From Octopus vulgaris (taxonomy: Eukaryota): a stretch of 64,000 bases of DNA. Within the stretch, counting starts at the first letter, position 1, and each line of letters begins with the position of its first letter. Under the pieces are notes generated by a model. That model had not been told where the DNA came from and ran no database searches. It worked only from the letters and a program-made list of their open reading frames with translations. A program made the translations under genes and the position numbers. The stretch lies in NCBI GenBank assembly GCA_951406725.2, contig OX597816.1, positions 129,394,001 to 129,458,000 on the forward strand. The letters are read 5' to 3'. Shown here one piece after another: positions 23,900 to 35,955 of this stretch.

Positions 23900-25150
23900 A
23901 ATAAATGGAGTTAAATGTTATTCAAATTCTTTTACTTCCAACATATGTTTTGAAGACAACATTGGTATTATTCCAAAAGGAATAAAATGGTGTAAAACAA
24001 TGTTATCTTCTCATCAGGGAAAGAAAGAAACCAAACACATCAATAAGACATTTTAACAGAATGTGTTGAATGTGTATAATGATGAATGGAATGCAATTAA
24101 GTTTTTTTAAAAAACCATTAGTAGATATAACATCAAAGGTAGCCTATAGAAAGAGAAGGGGTAAGAGAAAGGAATAAGCAGAAAACCAATAAAGGAGAAA
24201 TATAGAGCGACATGTGAATTAAAATAATAGCTTAAAGGCTTGTAAATAGATATATCTAGTGGAAGTGAAATGTAAGAAGAAAATCAATGTTCAAATTATA
24301 TAGACTGGTAGAAATCAGTTATATGAACTAAAGGTATGTTTATGCCAATGTTTACATCAATAAGCACGTTCTGGAAACGTGTTTACAAGGGTATTCTTAG
24401 AAAATAAAATTTAAAAGAACTCACTACTACAGAGTTGGCAGAATTCTTTGCCTTTATCGTATGGGAATGAAATGGAGAGAATCAACCAATCTAAATTAAA
24501 TTGTTTATTATGATCTTTTAGATACCAAATTAATTTACTAAGCCCTGTACTGTTGTGTTTATTACTATCCCTAAATGTAGAGTAATGATTAGAAATGTTT
24601 TTAGATAACTGAGAAGAACTACCTATATAAAAAGAAACATCGGTACCGGAAGTAATTTTACACTGGTATATAGAGTTTTTAGTCTTAGAATTACTAGACA
24701 TAAACTTAATTCTGTTGGAAGTGACTTCATCTTTTAAAGATAGTTACACTAACAATAAGGCAGCTACTAGCAAAACAATTTGGTTGATTATTCCTTATGG
24801 GAGACAAATTAAATCTAATCTTCCTTTCCAGTTTTGTGAAGCTATTATTAAGAACTTTCAAAGGAATTCTAAGTATTACTCAATTATCAACACGGACACA
24901 GTTAGGATTAGTTTTTCTAACACAAAAAGTATTTCACAAATTCTCTCTTCAATTCAAATTACTGAAAATTTTAACATTAATTTAGCTTATACTAACAATT
25001 CCCCTACTAATATTAACTACAAGGTTATTGTCTCTGAAGTCATTTCCAACAGAATTAAGTTAATGTCTAGTAATTATAAGACTAAAAACTCTATATACTA
25101 GTGTCAAATTACTTCTAGTACCAATGTCTTTTTTCATATAGGAATTAGTT
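23900..25150 (-). mobile_element. Penelope-like element (GIY-YIG endonuclease, Naiad-like) with an inverted segment
   Basis: Minus ORF 24411-24701 SIYQCKI...FYIGSSS..H...F...STGLSKLIWYLK..W.I...CQLC. Plus ORF 24715-25101 WLIIPYG..SN..F...NF...IINTDTVRISFSN. A ~110 bp segment is present in both orientations. Confidence 0.75.
23935..24023 (-). ncRNA. Type-I hammerhead ribozyme motif with two CpG-type core lesions
   Basis: Minus strand: TTTCC-CTGATGA-GAAGATAACATTG...CAATGTTGTCTTC-AAAAC-ATAT-GTT-GGAAG. Long stem II and palindromic stem III. Inferred changes GAAA>AAAA and GTC>GTT. Confidence 0.7.
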
Positions 25151-25908
25151 GGTAACAAAAACAGGACAGTGGAGACATTCTCTAATTCCTTTTTCCATCT
25201 CTCTCTCTCTCTCTCTCTCTCTCCCTCTTTTTCCTCTCTCTCTCTCTCTCCCTCTTTTTCCTTTACACACTCTCTCTCTCTCATTGCTCATACATGACCA
25301 TCATCCATCTTTCTTTTCCACATGTGATGATCTTTCTTTCCTTTCACCACTGTTGTAGAGACTGCACGTATCCCATCTGTCTCTCTCTTCTATCTTTCCT
25401 CTTGTCCAAGAGAATATTTCTCCAGCCTTTGCTATTTTACCTTCGCCTGGTCTAATGACCTTCCATGTTTATTTTCATTCAGTTTCCTTGTATGTCTCCA
25501 CTGTTCTGTTTTTGCTACCAACTTTGACCCTTGGCAAATCCCAAATTTTATTCTAGTTTGCAAGAGCAACTGCCCTTTGAAGACTTATATTGTCCTTCAG
25601 TGCTTGAAATGAGGAGTAGATGGACAACCAACAACTGATGAAGGGTCGTTCTTTATATTACTTGTCCTGTTTTCCATTTGTTTCTCTTGTTGTTTATGTA
25701 TTCAACTCTTTTGTTTTCGTATTCATGTTATTTACAGTTTGTGACATCCTGTACCCATATATGCTTTCATATATATGTGTATGTGTGTATATATACATAT
25801 ATATATAAATATTATTATTTGATTGAATGCCGCGCATCCATTTCCAACACCATTATGGACCGTTAGCTCCTACATGCATTTTTTTCTCTCCTTGTTTCTT
25901 TTCTGTGT

Positions 25909-25948
25909 GTCTTTCTGTCGAAGAGCGTAGGCTCGAAACGTAAAAGAC
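25909..25948 (+). ncRNA. Minimal hammerhead-like motif with a variant core
   Basis: GTCTTT-CTGTCGAA-GAGC-GTAG-GCTC-GAAAC-GTA-AAAGAC, inside a ~230 bp insert between (TA)n tracts. Confidence 0.55.
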
Positions 25949-26131
25949 TTGTTCTATTTCTATTCCTGAGCGCCATACTAATACATTTGTTTGTTTGACT
26001 CCACCTGCCTTCGTCTTTTGTTTATTTTCGTACACCTTACCGTTATATATATACACACACACATATATATATATACACATATATATGTGTATATATATAT
26101 ATATATACACACACACACGCACACATATATA

Positions 26132-26363
26132 CAGGTTGGCCAAAAGTCACACAGCAGTAAATCAAAATTTCATAAATACTATCTGTAATTCTGTATTGAC
26201 CTGAATGCTAAAATGTGTCACTCAAGAAGGACTTCAGTTTGAACAATTTTCATGATGTTTCATATTTAGATGCTTGTATTAAATTCATTCAGTTGTTAAA
26301 CATAAATAAATCTTAGAATTAAATGGTTTTGATTTACTGTCAGACGACTTTTGGCCAACCTTG
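26132..26363. mobile_element. Tc1/mariner-type MITE
   Basis: TA|CAGGTTGGCCAAAAGTC ... GACTTTTGGCCAACCTTG|TA. Confidence 0.85.
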
Positions 26364-26439
26364 TATATATATATATATATGCATACATATGTGTGTGTGT
26401 GTGTGTGTGTGTATAAATATATATATATATACCACAATG

Positions 26440-28020
26440 TATCCTCAGAGGAACACTTTATTGCACTCTGTTACAGAAATCTAAAATTAGCTATTTTTCA
26501 AAATCCTAAGTTCTAATTTTCCACCACACCATAAATACTACCTTGTCGCTAATAAATCTTTGATTAAATGCTCATACACTACAACACCAAACTTGGGATC
26601 TATAATTACCTCTTCCATTAGGTGCAAAATAAGCCACCTTACTGTAAGCCCGACAAACTATTGCCCTGGATCTCACTCTAACCCACCAGTTACTAATTCT
26701 ATAAGTCTCAGGAACCCTACATATTTCACTAATTGCAACCCGGGTACTACTGCCCCTACTACTAATAACTGTGCTACATGTGACAGTGGTGACACTCATC
26801 CTGGCCCTATACTAGTAACAATGACACCTCCTGTCCTACTTTGAGAATAATAGATCATATGAGTGACATCAGAATAGGGATTAATCCTAAGCCCACTGCT
26901 AGTGAGAAAATCTGTAATTGTCAGGTCTCCCAATGAAGTCTGTTGGATGATTTTTGTTTACACTATAGTGTCATATATAAATGTCAGCCAATAACCCCAC
27001 ATTCCCACCAAGCTAAGGTCTACATTGGTGGCACTGTTGATTTCAAAAACCACAACCAGACTTGCATGAACTGGTTTTCAAATGAAGCCTCTAGACTCTC
27101 TACCTCCCTAGCTACATACCTCAAGTTCCAGAATACTCTCTATACCTTATACTGGTCTATTGTTTGTGGGACTTTCCCATACAATACTTACCAGCATGCT
27201 TGTAAGTTGTGTTGCAAGGAATTGCTTGCTATCTTTCACCTCCATAACTCCCATTACTCAATAGTTTCTCTGATGTAATCTTCTTGTGTAAGCACAAATT
27301 TTATTCCACTTTTACTCATTATGTAAAGTTCTTATGGTTTCTCCAAATTATGATTAAGCCCTTACTTATTGCTTAGCTATACTAGCAGTATTTTCTTTCT
27401 CTACTCTTTTTGTACTTCTCCCCCATCTCAATATATCTTCCTCCTCTATTACCCACACCCCTATTCGTTTAGTTCATTGTTTGTGTTTTCCTGTCTCTCT
27501 GCATAGCCAGCCATCATCCCTAACTGATTTAAAATCTGCTTAGGGAAATTCCCAGCCACCAGCAGTGCTTTCTTTCATCACACTATCCTTCACTTTATTT
27601 TCTTCCCTCCCCTCTCTGTTTCACCTATTCTATCTATATTAATTCCCTCCCCTCCCCTGATATCATAGAAATCCACTTTCCTCTCCCTTCCTTGCAATTT
27701 TCTCTACCTCTGCTCCCCTTACATGCACCACTTATATCCTCACCACCCTGCCTTTTGCTCTTATTCTTCCTCTTCTTTTCTTTCACCCTTTAAATTTCTT
27801 GCAGTACCATATGAACTGCTTTTGTCAATTATCTCTTGATGAAGAAAGCCAGACTAATTGTAATATCTCTGTGTGACTACTTACTGGTTGCATATCCAAG
27901 ACTTTTTGCACATTCCATCTGCAAATTATGAACATTATGATTATTACATAATTCTGAGCTTCCTGAAACAGCTGTCAAATTAAGAAACTATGTATTCTCT
28001 TCTTAGCATTCTGTATTTTT
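26440..28020 (+). mobile_element. 5'-truncated Penelope-like element: linker, GIY-YIG endonuclease and 3' terminus
   Basis: IKCSYTTTPNLGSII; CNC....*SLLDDFCL..VIYKCQ...KVYIGGTVDFK..F...STSLATY...W.I...YN....CKLCCKE. Pyrimidine-rich UTR with a hammerhead relic near the end. Confidence 0.75.
27831..27985 (+). ncRNA. Decayed hammerhead motif with a long stem II insert
   Basis: TTGATGA-AGAAAGC...~110 nt...GCTTCCT-GAAAC-AGCT-GTC. Stem I is poor. Confidence 0.45.
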
Positions 28021-28359
28021 TATGCTCTCATCATCATCCTCGTCATTGTTTAACATCTGCTTTCCATGCTGGCATGGGTTGGATGGTTTGACTGAGGGCT
28101 GGCAAGCTCTATGTAAATATATTTGTACATATATATATATGTAGTCATATGTATATTTATATATCTCTTTATGTATCTACGCACACACACGCACATACAT
28201 ATATATAACAACAAAAAATATGTTTGAAGAAAATCATATCTTTATTTTAGATGATCTCACCTTATAAAACGAACAGCTCTTTCAATTGCATTAGCACACA
28301 CACACACATGACCAGCCAATTTATGAATATCCCTCATTCATTGGACAATAAACCTTGCT

Positions 28360-28855
28360 TGTGAAGACCTATTGAGGCAAGTGAAATAAAAATCAAAATA
28401 GCTGATTTGGCCACTGACAGTACTGCCTGATTGGCACTCGTGTCAGTGGAATTTTAAAAGCACATCTGAACATGCTCGTTGCCAGGGCCACGGATTGGCT
28501 CCTGTGCCAGTGACATGTGAAAAGCACCATTCAAGCATGATCATTGCCAGCGTCGCCTTACCGACACATGTGCCGGTGGCACGTGAAAAACAACATTCAA
28601 GCGTGATCATTGCTAGTGCTGCCAGACTGGCTCCTGTGCAGGTAGCACATGAAAACACCTTTTGAGTATTGTCGTTCCCAAAACCACCTGACTGGCCCTT
28701 GTGCTGGTAGCAAGTAAAAAGCACCCACTACACTCTCGGAGTGGTTGGTGTTAGGAAGGGCATCCAGCTGTAGAAATTTTGCCAAACCAGATTGTCAAAC
28801 CGTCCAACCCATGCCAGCATGGAAAGCAGACATTAAACAATGATGATGATGATGA
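28360..28855 (+). mobile_element. RTE 3' UTR with ~5 stem-loop units
   Basis: Repeated GTGCC.GTGGCAC.TGAAAA.CAC units and the family tail. Confidence 0.75.
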
Positions 28856-29799
28856 TATATGCTAGCATGGAAGGTGGACATTAAATGATGATGATGAGAG
28901 ATATATGTATGTATGTATGTATGTATATGTACATGTATATTTTATAAATATGTATGTATGTGTGTATGTTAATGCAATTGTAACAATTGTCAGTTTTATA
29001 GGGTGAGATCTAAAATAAAGATATGATTTTCTTCATGCATATTTTTTTGTTGTTAAATACTCCGAATTTCTTGAAATTCGGCAAAAGAATTGTTGGATTT
29101 ATCTGTCATGCATGAGGATTTACCTGGGATTGCATTCTGCTTATATTTACCATTGAACATTTAACCAAATTCTTTTAATAATGAGTAATTTATTGATATC
29201 TGTCAGGATTTTTTTAAATCCCACTTTTTCTTACATATATATATATATATATATATTAGTAAGATTCAGTTGAATTATGTAATTAAGTTGAGGCACCTTG
29301 TTAGGTCAGAATAATATACACACACACAACAATATTATGTAAGTATCAACTTTGGTACAGAAGTACCAGTGGAATGATATTCCTGTATTGTTTGCAGACA
29401 ATTTAACCCAGCTCAGTATATAATCTGCTCTTGAGCTATTCATACATGTACATTTTATGAAATATACAGTCCATAATATACTTCAGAATTTGCATGTTCC
29501 CAGATAGGTGAATAAAATATAAATAAGTAACAACTGAAGGACAGGTGTCAATTCATTACAGCCATCTCTAACAACACCTTTAATTAATTAATTATAGCAT
29601 TATAAAGAAACTATTTTCTTCAGATGAATACATGAACATTCCAAATGGTTTAGCATATTTTAAAATCCATGAAGCAAAACATTTTTACTGATTCTCTTAC
29701 TATTTCAGTTGACAGAATGGATTTACCAAAATAATGTACATTTAATCAGGTCAGAGAGATTTAGAAGTTAGTAGGGTTTTTACTAGGGGAAAGGATTAA

Positions 29800-30485
29800 G
29801 TGACCTCCAGTGACCCAATTATCCTCACTTCTAACAATAAAGAAAGACATGATACCATTTGTTTGAGATATATCTGTCAAGGAGTTGCTTATCGTCTACT
29901 GGTAAGTGGTAAGAAAATGATTTGTGGTCAGATCAATCTTGATAATTTAGTGGACTGTACAATGTCAGTGTGCATGTACAACAGAGTGTAAGTGGCTTGT
30001 TGGGCATGAGAGGCAAGAAAGACAACTGTGCTGGTATGGCCACGTGATGCATATGGACGAGGACAGCTGTGTAAAGAAGTGCTGATTTCTAACTGTGGAG
30101 GGAGCCTGTAGAAGAGGCAGACCCAGGAAGATATGGGATGAGGTGGTGAAGCATGATCGTCAAACATTGGGCCTCACGGATGCAGTGACAAGTGACCGAG
30201 ACCTTTGGCAATATGCCATGCTTGAGAAAACTTGTCAAACCAAGTGAAGTCATAATGGCCAATGCCAGTGTCATATAACTGGCACCCATGCTGGTGGCAC
30301 ATAAAAGCATCTGTGCCAATGACACATAAAAAGCACCCATTATACTCTTGGAGTGGTTGGAGTTATGAAGAGCATCTAGCTGTAGAAACTATGCCAAATC
30401 AGACTGGAACCAGGTACAGCTCTCCAGCTTACAATCAAACTGTCTAACCCATGCCAGCATGGAAAGCAGACACTAAATATTGATG
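29800..30485 (+). mobile_element. RTE LINE 3' end (ORF remnant plus UTR)
   Basis: Frameshifted remnants of W.GHV..M...C / RGRPRK.WDEVV / SDRDLW run directly into the array-bearing UTR. Confidence 0.7.
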
Positions 30486-31631
30486 ACTTAAGCTTTTTCC
30501 TGACAAGCTATTTATATGTGCCCAGAGCACCAATATACATACACACACATACAGAACACCAATATACACACCACAGACAGACACACACACATAGACACCC
30601 ACACACATAATCACACACATATACACTTGTGTGTGCGTGTGTGTGTGTGTGTATAGACAAATCTTTTTTTGTATAAGTCTAGGTCTTTTGGCTACTGGAG
30701 ATAAAGTTGGACAATTGTTGTTCTGGTGAAGACTATAGAGCCAGAAGCATGTGTCCACTACTATTCTCTTATCTCCAGACAATGAGCTGGTCGTTTTCTT
30801 TTATAGCATGTCAATTTCGTATGTGTAAGCATATATATATGTATATATATATATAGATATACACCACACGTTCACATACATACAAATACCTACAAATATA
30901 CACACAAACACACATATGCTTACACATACATGCAATACTTTACAAATACATTTCTATTAATGATCAGACGAAAGAACTCAAAAAGATCACATGCAAAATC
31001 TAATATAAGACTCTCTTATCAGTGAAATGTTAATAACATAGACTGTAGGTAAAATATCAAAGTGGCTAAAGTATAAGATACAAGAGGAGCCACGTGACCT
31101 TCAGAATGCTACAGAATACCTTGTGAGAAAGCTGGAGAATGGAATTTACAAAAGTTTTTGAAGGGGCCACACTGATATTTAACAGGGGAGGACTGATGGC
31201 AAGGAGGGCATCTGGCTGTAGAAGATCCTCCTCAAGAAACCTAGTCTGACCCATACAAGCATAGTAAAGTGGACATTAAGGCAAAGATGATGATGATGAT
31301 GATGATGTGTGAACCACCTTCTCGAAATACATATATTTCATATTTTGTGCTAATTTCATCTCTTTAAACATTTATACATCACAACAGTTTACTAGTCTCT
31401 ACTATCTAGCTGCACATACTAAAATACTAAACAGTCATGTAGAAATGTCTCTGTGTATGTGTATGTGTTTGACTGTGTGCCCACACATGTGTGTGTGTGT
31501 TTACTTGTGTGCACCCATCTGCTCTATTGTTAGCCTAGTAATGTACATTTGCTTGTATAGATAATACCTAAACATATATATATATATATACATGCAAACA
31601 CACACACACACATGTATATATACATATATAT

Positions 31632-33523
31632 GTCTGTTTTTAATTATTTAGATTATTCCTCTAATGAACGAGCTGGTTTCTAACAAAAATACAAAGCTCC
31701 ATCTTTGGAATATAGATAACAAAAAGAATGTCACATTTTAAACTTGCATATTTTTACTGCTCCACTTACAGGCTGTATTTGTAATGTGCAAGTGAGTTGG
31801 TTGATTTATTTTTCTGAAAACCCTAGCTTAATCTAGATTGTCACTTAAGCATTTTATTCACAGAACCAGCTGCACAAATTATTATTGGTATAAATATGAA
31901 TTTATAATTTGGATATAGAAGTTGGAGGTTTTGAAGTTGTTGTTCATAGTAATTCTCTTTGATTTTCAAAGAGATATTGACTTGTGAGCGAAACCTTTGG
32001 AAATATGACTAGTGACTGAGACATTTGGAAATATGCTGACTAGTGACCAAGACCTTTGGAAATATGCTGTGCATGAGAAGACCTGGCAGGACAAGTGAGA
32101 CCATAACCTGTGGCCTTTACCTGGGATGTAGCCAGTCCACTTATGCATACCTTTCCTTCTTGATGAGGCAAGTGAAATCAAAATCGATCAAAAATCAATG
32201 AAAATTGTAGTTGTGATACCAGTGCCCGTGGTATGTAAAAGAACCATCCGAACGTGGCCATTCCCAGTGCCACCTCGACTGGCCTCTGTGTCGGTGGCAC
32301 GTAAAAAGCACCAACCGATCATGGCCGTTGCCAGCCTCGCCTGGCACCTATGACGGTGGCACGTAAAAAGCACCCACTACACTCACAGAGTGTTTGGCGT
32401 TAGGAAGGGCATCCAGCTGTAGAAACACTGCCAGATCGGACTAGGCCTGGTGCAGCCTCCTGGCTTCCCAGACCCCCGGTCAAACCGTCCAACCCATGCT
32501 AGCATGGAAGGTGGACGTTAAATGATGATGATGATGATATTCACATCAGCAGGACAGCTGACCTCTATGACAGTACATATTTTTTTCTTGCCTGTCCCAA
32601 ACAACAATGTCCAGCCTGTTATGTTTACACTTGACAGATGTTTTGATGGGATGGTTCCACCAGTATTTCTTGTGCTGATGTTTGTGTATATATTCAATAA
32701 CAGGGGGATTCTTTACATTTATTTCAGGACAGTCTTTTTTTCTGAATGACATTGTATATTGTTTTTGAGGCAACATTGTTACATAGGGAGGTAGGTAGCA
32801 CCTTGACTGAATTTTTGGACAGCTACTAATCACAAGTGTGATGTCTTCCACAGAAATATGACATAATCTACATTTTTGGTTGCATCTCAGATCTCCAAGG
32901 GCTTCTTTGTCTCTTTTGTTGATTAGGTATTTAGTAGCAATCTCCTGTTCTTGGATTGCAAATGCATAGCCAGCCTTCAAAGTGTGATGTGATGTAGCAG
33001 TCACAAGTCCATATATGTCAATATAACCATCTTCTTCAAATCTTCAAGAAACATACCTATGTATGGTCTTTTTTTAGGTATTCTGTGTGTTTCACATCCA
33101 AGTCTTCTTCGTGGTATGTTGGTCTAGCTGTTTTGGAGTTGTATGGGAGGTCATCAGGAAGAGAGTGCTTCCTAAGGAGCTCATTGCCAACATGTTTGCT
33201 TCACTTTTCAGTACTGAGTTAATATATTTATTTTTGGTGCTAGCAAGTGCTGTCTGGGAGAGACTGTATGACATTCAAAGGTCATCTGCACTGATCTCAA
33301 GCCTCTACCTCCTTTATCTGTTCTTGCTATTTCTGTGGAGATTTCCAGTTGATATCAGCATCTTGTGAGTTTTAACATCCATGGAGTTGATCTCTTCTAC
33401 AGACCAGTCCAGTATCCCACATGCTAGAATCAGCATTGGTAATATGAATGCATTGTCAGATATTGTTTTGTTCTAAAAGAAGAGTTCTATCATATTTTTC
33501 GAACTCTGTCATAATATTCCTAG
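31632..33523 (-). mobile_element. R4/Dong-clade non-LTR element (RLE endonuclease), 5'-truncated, interrupted by an RTE insert
   Basis: FAIQEQEIATKY..CRLCH..EDITLVISSCP (CCHC-like) and YWWN.PIKT..KHNRLDIVVWD..IEVSCP (PD-(D/E)xK). It continues at 31650-31978 beyond the insert. Confidence 0.85.
31979..32535 (+). mobile_element. RTE 3' end inserted into the R4-like element
   Basis: TSDQDLWKYAVHEKT remnant, UTR array and (GAT)n tail. GATATT occurs at both junctions. Confidence 0.75.
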
Positions 33524-33545
33524 GAATGTATGTATGTATGTATGT

Positions 33546-33995
33546 CTCTTCTATTTTTTAATTCTCAGAAATCTTCCTCTGAGGAGGGAGCCTGTTTCCA
33601 ACAAAGATACAAGGCTCCATCTTTGGGATGTAGTTAACACAGACAAATTCACATTTGGAACTTGAGAAAAATCTTTCATATTTTAACAGTTCCATTCACA
33701 GATTTTGCTTGTAATATACAACTTGTCCAGTCAATTTCTTTTTCTGAAAATCCTAGTTTATCCAGATTCCCCTTTATCCATTTACTAACAAAACATAGTG
33801 CTCCAATTATTATTGGTATGAATATGAATTCGTAGTCTGGAAATAGAAGCTGGTAGTTTCGAAGCAGTTGTCCATAGATATCCTCTTTTTCTTTGATTTT
33901 CAAAGAGATACTTATATCTGTAGGGCAGCTGACCTCTATGATAGTACATACTTTTTCTCCTCTGTCCCAAACAACAATATCTGGCCTGTTATGTT
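33546..33995 (-). mobile_element. Second R4/Dong-like 3' fragment between (TATG)n tracts
   Basis: NRPDIVVWD..IIEVSCP.D..LKIKEKEDIYGQL..FIPIIIGAL..LQAKSVNGTVKI. The 3' UTR is similar to 31632-31720. Confidence 0.85.
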
Positions 33996-34003
33996 ATTTT
34001 ACG

Positions 34004-34101
34004 TATGTATGTATGCATGTATGTATGTATGTATGTATGTATGTATGTATGTATGTATGTATGTATGTATGTATGTATGTATGTATGTATGTATGTATGT
34101 A

Positions 34102-34136
<35 letters not shown>

Positions 34137-34200
34137 ATGTATGTATGTATGTATGTATGTATGTATGTATGTATGTATGTATGCATGTATGAATGTATGT
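34004..34200. repeat. (TATG)n/(TG)n microsatellite
   Basis: Read directly from the sequence. Confidence 0.95.
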
Positions 34201-34551
34201 AGATATGTACATATGTATGTACATACAAATATACAAATCAATTTTGTCTTTAATTTAATTTAATTTAGAATATCATAGTGAAAACAGGGACAGAAAATTG
34301 TTTTACAATTAAAGCTGATTTTAACCATAACATTAATGAAGTTTGTCTCTAAGATTCATATTTTTGTTTGACAATGTTGCAAAAACTGTCATTTTCAGTT
34401 GTGTGTATTTAATAGTAATGTGTGCGTGTATGTGTGTGCATGTGTGTGTGTACGCACATGCATGTGTGTATCTTTATATATACATACACACACATATACA
34501 CACACATATACACACACACACATACACACACACACACACATATATATATAT

Positions 34552-35310
34552 CAGAGGCAACTCCAGGTCATCAGCATCACTCAGGCTCATCACAGATTTC
34601 GTCACTCAGGTTCATCACACACTTCACATAAGAATTTCGCGTTTTTCCAAATGGCTTATTTTTCATATCTAGCACTATGTCTTTCTCCATTTCTAACTTA
34701 AGGGTAAAAATAAAGCAACCCTGCAAACATAACTGATCTTTGCACTCAGACACTCAGAATAACAGCAACCAAACAATGACAGCGGAGTGCATACCAGACA
34801 TCAGTAATCTGACTGTCGCCTGTACTCTTAACAAGAGATACCAGTTAGTATTTTACACCTACTAGGCTTGTTTGTATTAGCCTGAGTTGCTGGATCATTT
34901 TTGTTCCTTTAAGTATATTGTTTTTTCTTAATTGGAATTTAAATCCTAATCTCTATAGAAATTTATGGTTTCAAGAAAACATTGAATTTGAATTACTCTT
35001 AATTTTTACGGTTATAGATAACAGCTTGGGCTGTAACTGAGCCTGAGTCAGGTACGTGTAAACAATGTCAAGAGAACATCAGCGACGAATGATATTTTTT
35101 GACACAGGGCACCCCTAAGACAACCTCCAGATGCTGAATAAAAATAAATGAACTGCAACCAGGCTCAATAAAAGGAGCCCAAGTTATTGGCTACAATTAC
35201 ATACTTGAAGTCAGTTGGCAGAAATTAAATCAGCTTGCAAATACATGTTCACTTTACTAAATTTATACTCGTGGTAAGCCTGAACAGCCCAAGTGCCGGA
35301 GTTACCACTG
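34552..35310. mobile_element. Putative non-autonomous TIR element in a (TA)n context
   Basis: CAGAGGCAACTCCAG ... CCGGAGTTACCACTG imperfect TIRs, with TA-rich flanks. Confidence 0.5.
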
Positions 35311-35922
35311 ATATATATTTATATATATATTATAAATACGCAAACACACACACACACACACGTGCTTCAGCTTCTTGATGTCAATCTTCACTTTGTTTTA
35401 TATCTTCTTAGGTTTTTCTCTTCCATTGGTTCCATCCCCTAGAAGAGCTCAGCACTTCTTTACACAAATGTAACCCTGTATTATAACAGCTAACTACATC
35501 TGTGCATCAGCTATCTATAATATCTACCTTCTCTGCCTGCCTGCCTGCTAACACCAATGTATGACCATAGTTTATGCTGGGTACACCGTATGAAATCTCA
35601 ACCAACTTATTTTCTGCGTAATGAACACAACCATTTCTTTACAGTAACAGTGTCTTGTTTTCTTTCTAACTAAAATTTTCTTTGAAACTAAAAAGCACAT
35701 TGTAAGGTCAATGATAGTTTACTGGAATCCTTATTATTTTCATTCAAGAGAATTACACTTATTTCAAACAAAACTTAAGTATTTGAAGAAACATTCTTCT
35801 TTCTCTCTTCAATCTCAATCATGAATATAACATACCCTATATTACTATAACATTTCATTGTGCAAAATCTATTGACATAAAATTCACTAAGTGTTACACT
35901 TCTACCATATACTTTCTTGTAG

Positions 35923-35955
<33 letters not shown>

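Noticed and set aside
25570-25650. TTGAAGA...GAAATG and CTGATGAAGGG as hammerhead parts
   Set aside because: Too degenerate to assemble a consistent fold by eye.
26934-26936. In-frame TGA in the Cys-rich motif of the Naiad-like PLE as possible selenocysteine
   Set aside because: In CNC-x5-C spacing the TGA falls one codon before the expected Cys (AGT CTG TTG ~ CPL). The copy is otherwise decayed and I identified no SECIS.
28430-28740. CRISPR-like repeat-spacer appearance
   Set aside because: Eukaryotic context, no cas genes, degenerate repeats, spacers related to each other, and the array sits in a dispersed RTE 3' UTR.
33580-33620. CTGAGGA followed by a GGAGCC/GGCTCC stem as a hammerhead
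   Set aside because: No GAAA follows the stem; it is the antisense of the R4-like 3' UTR hairpin.
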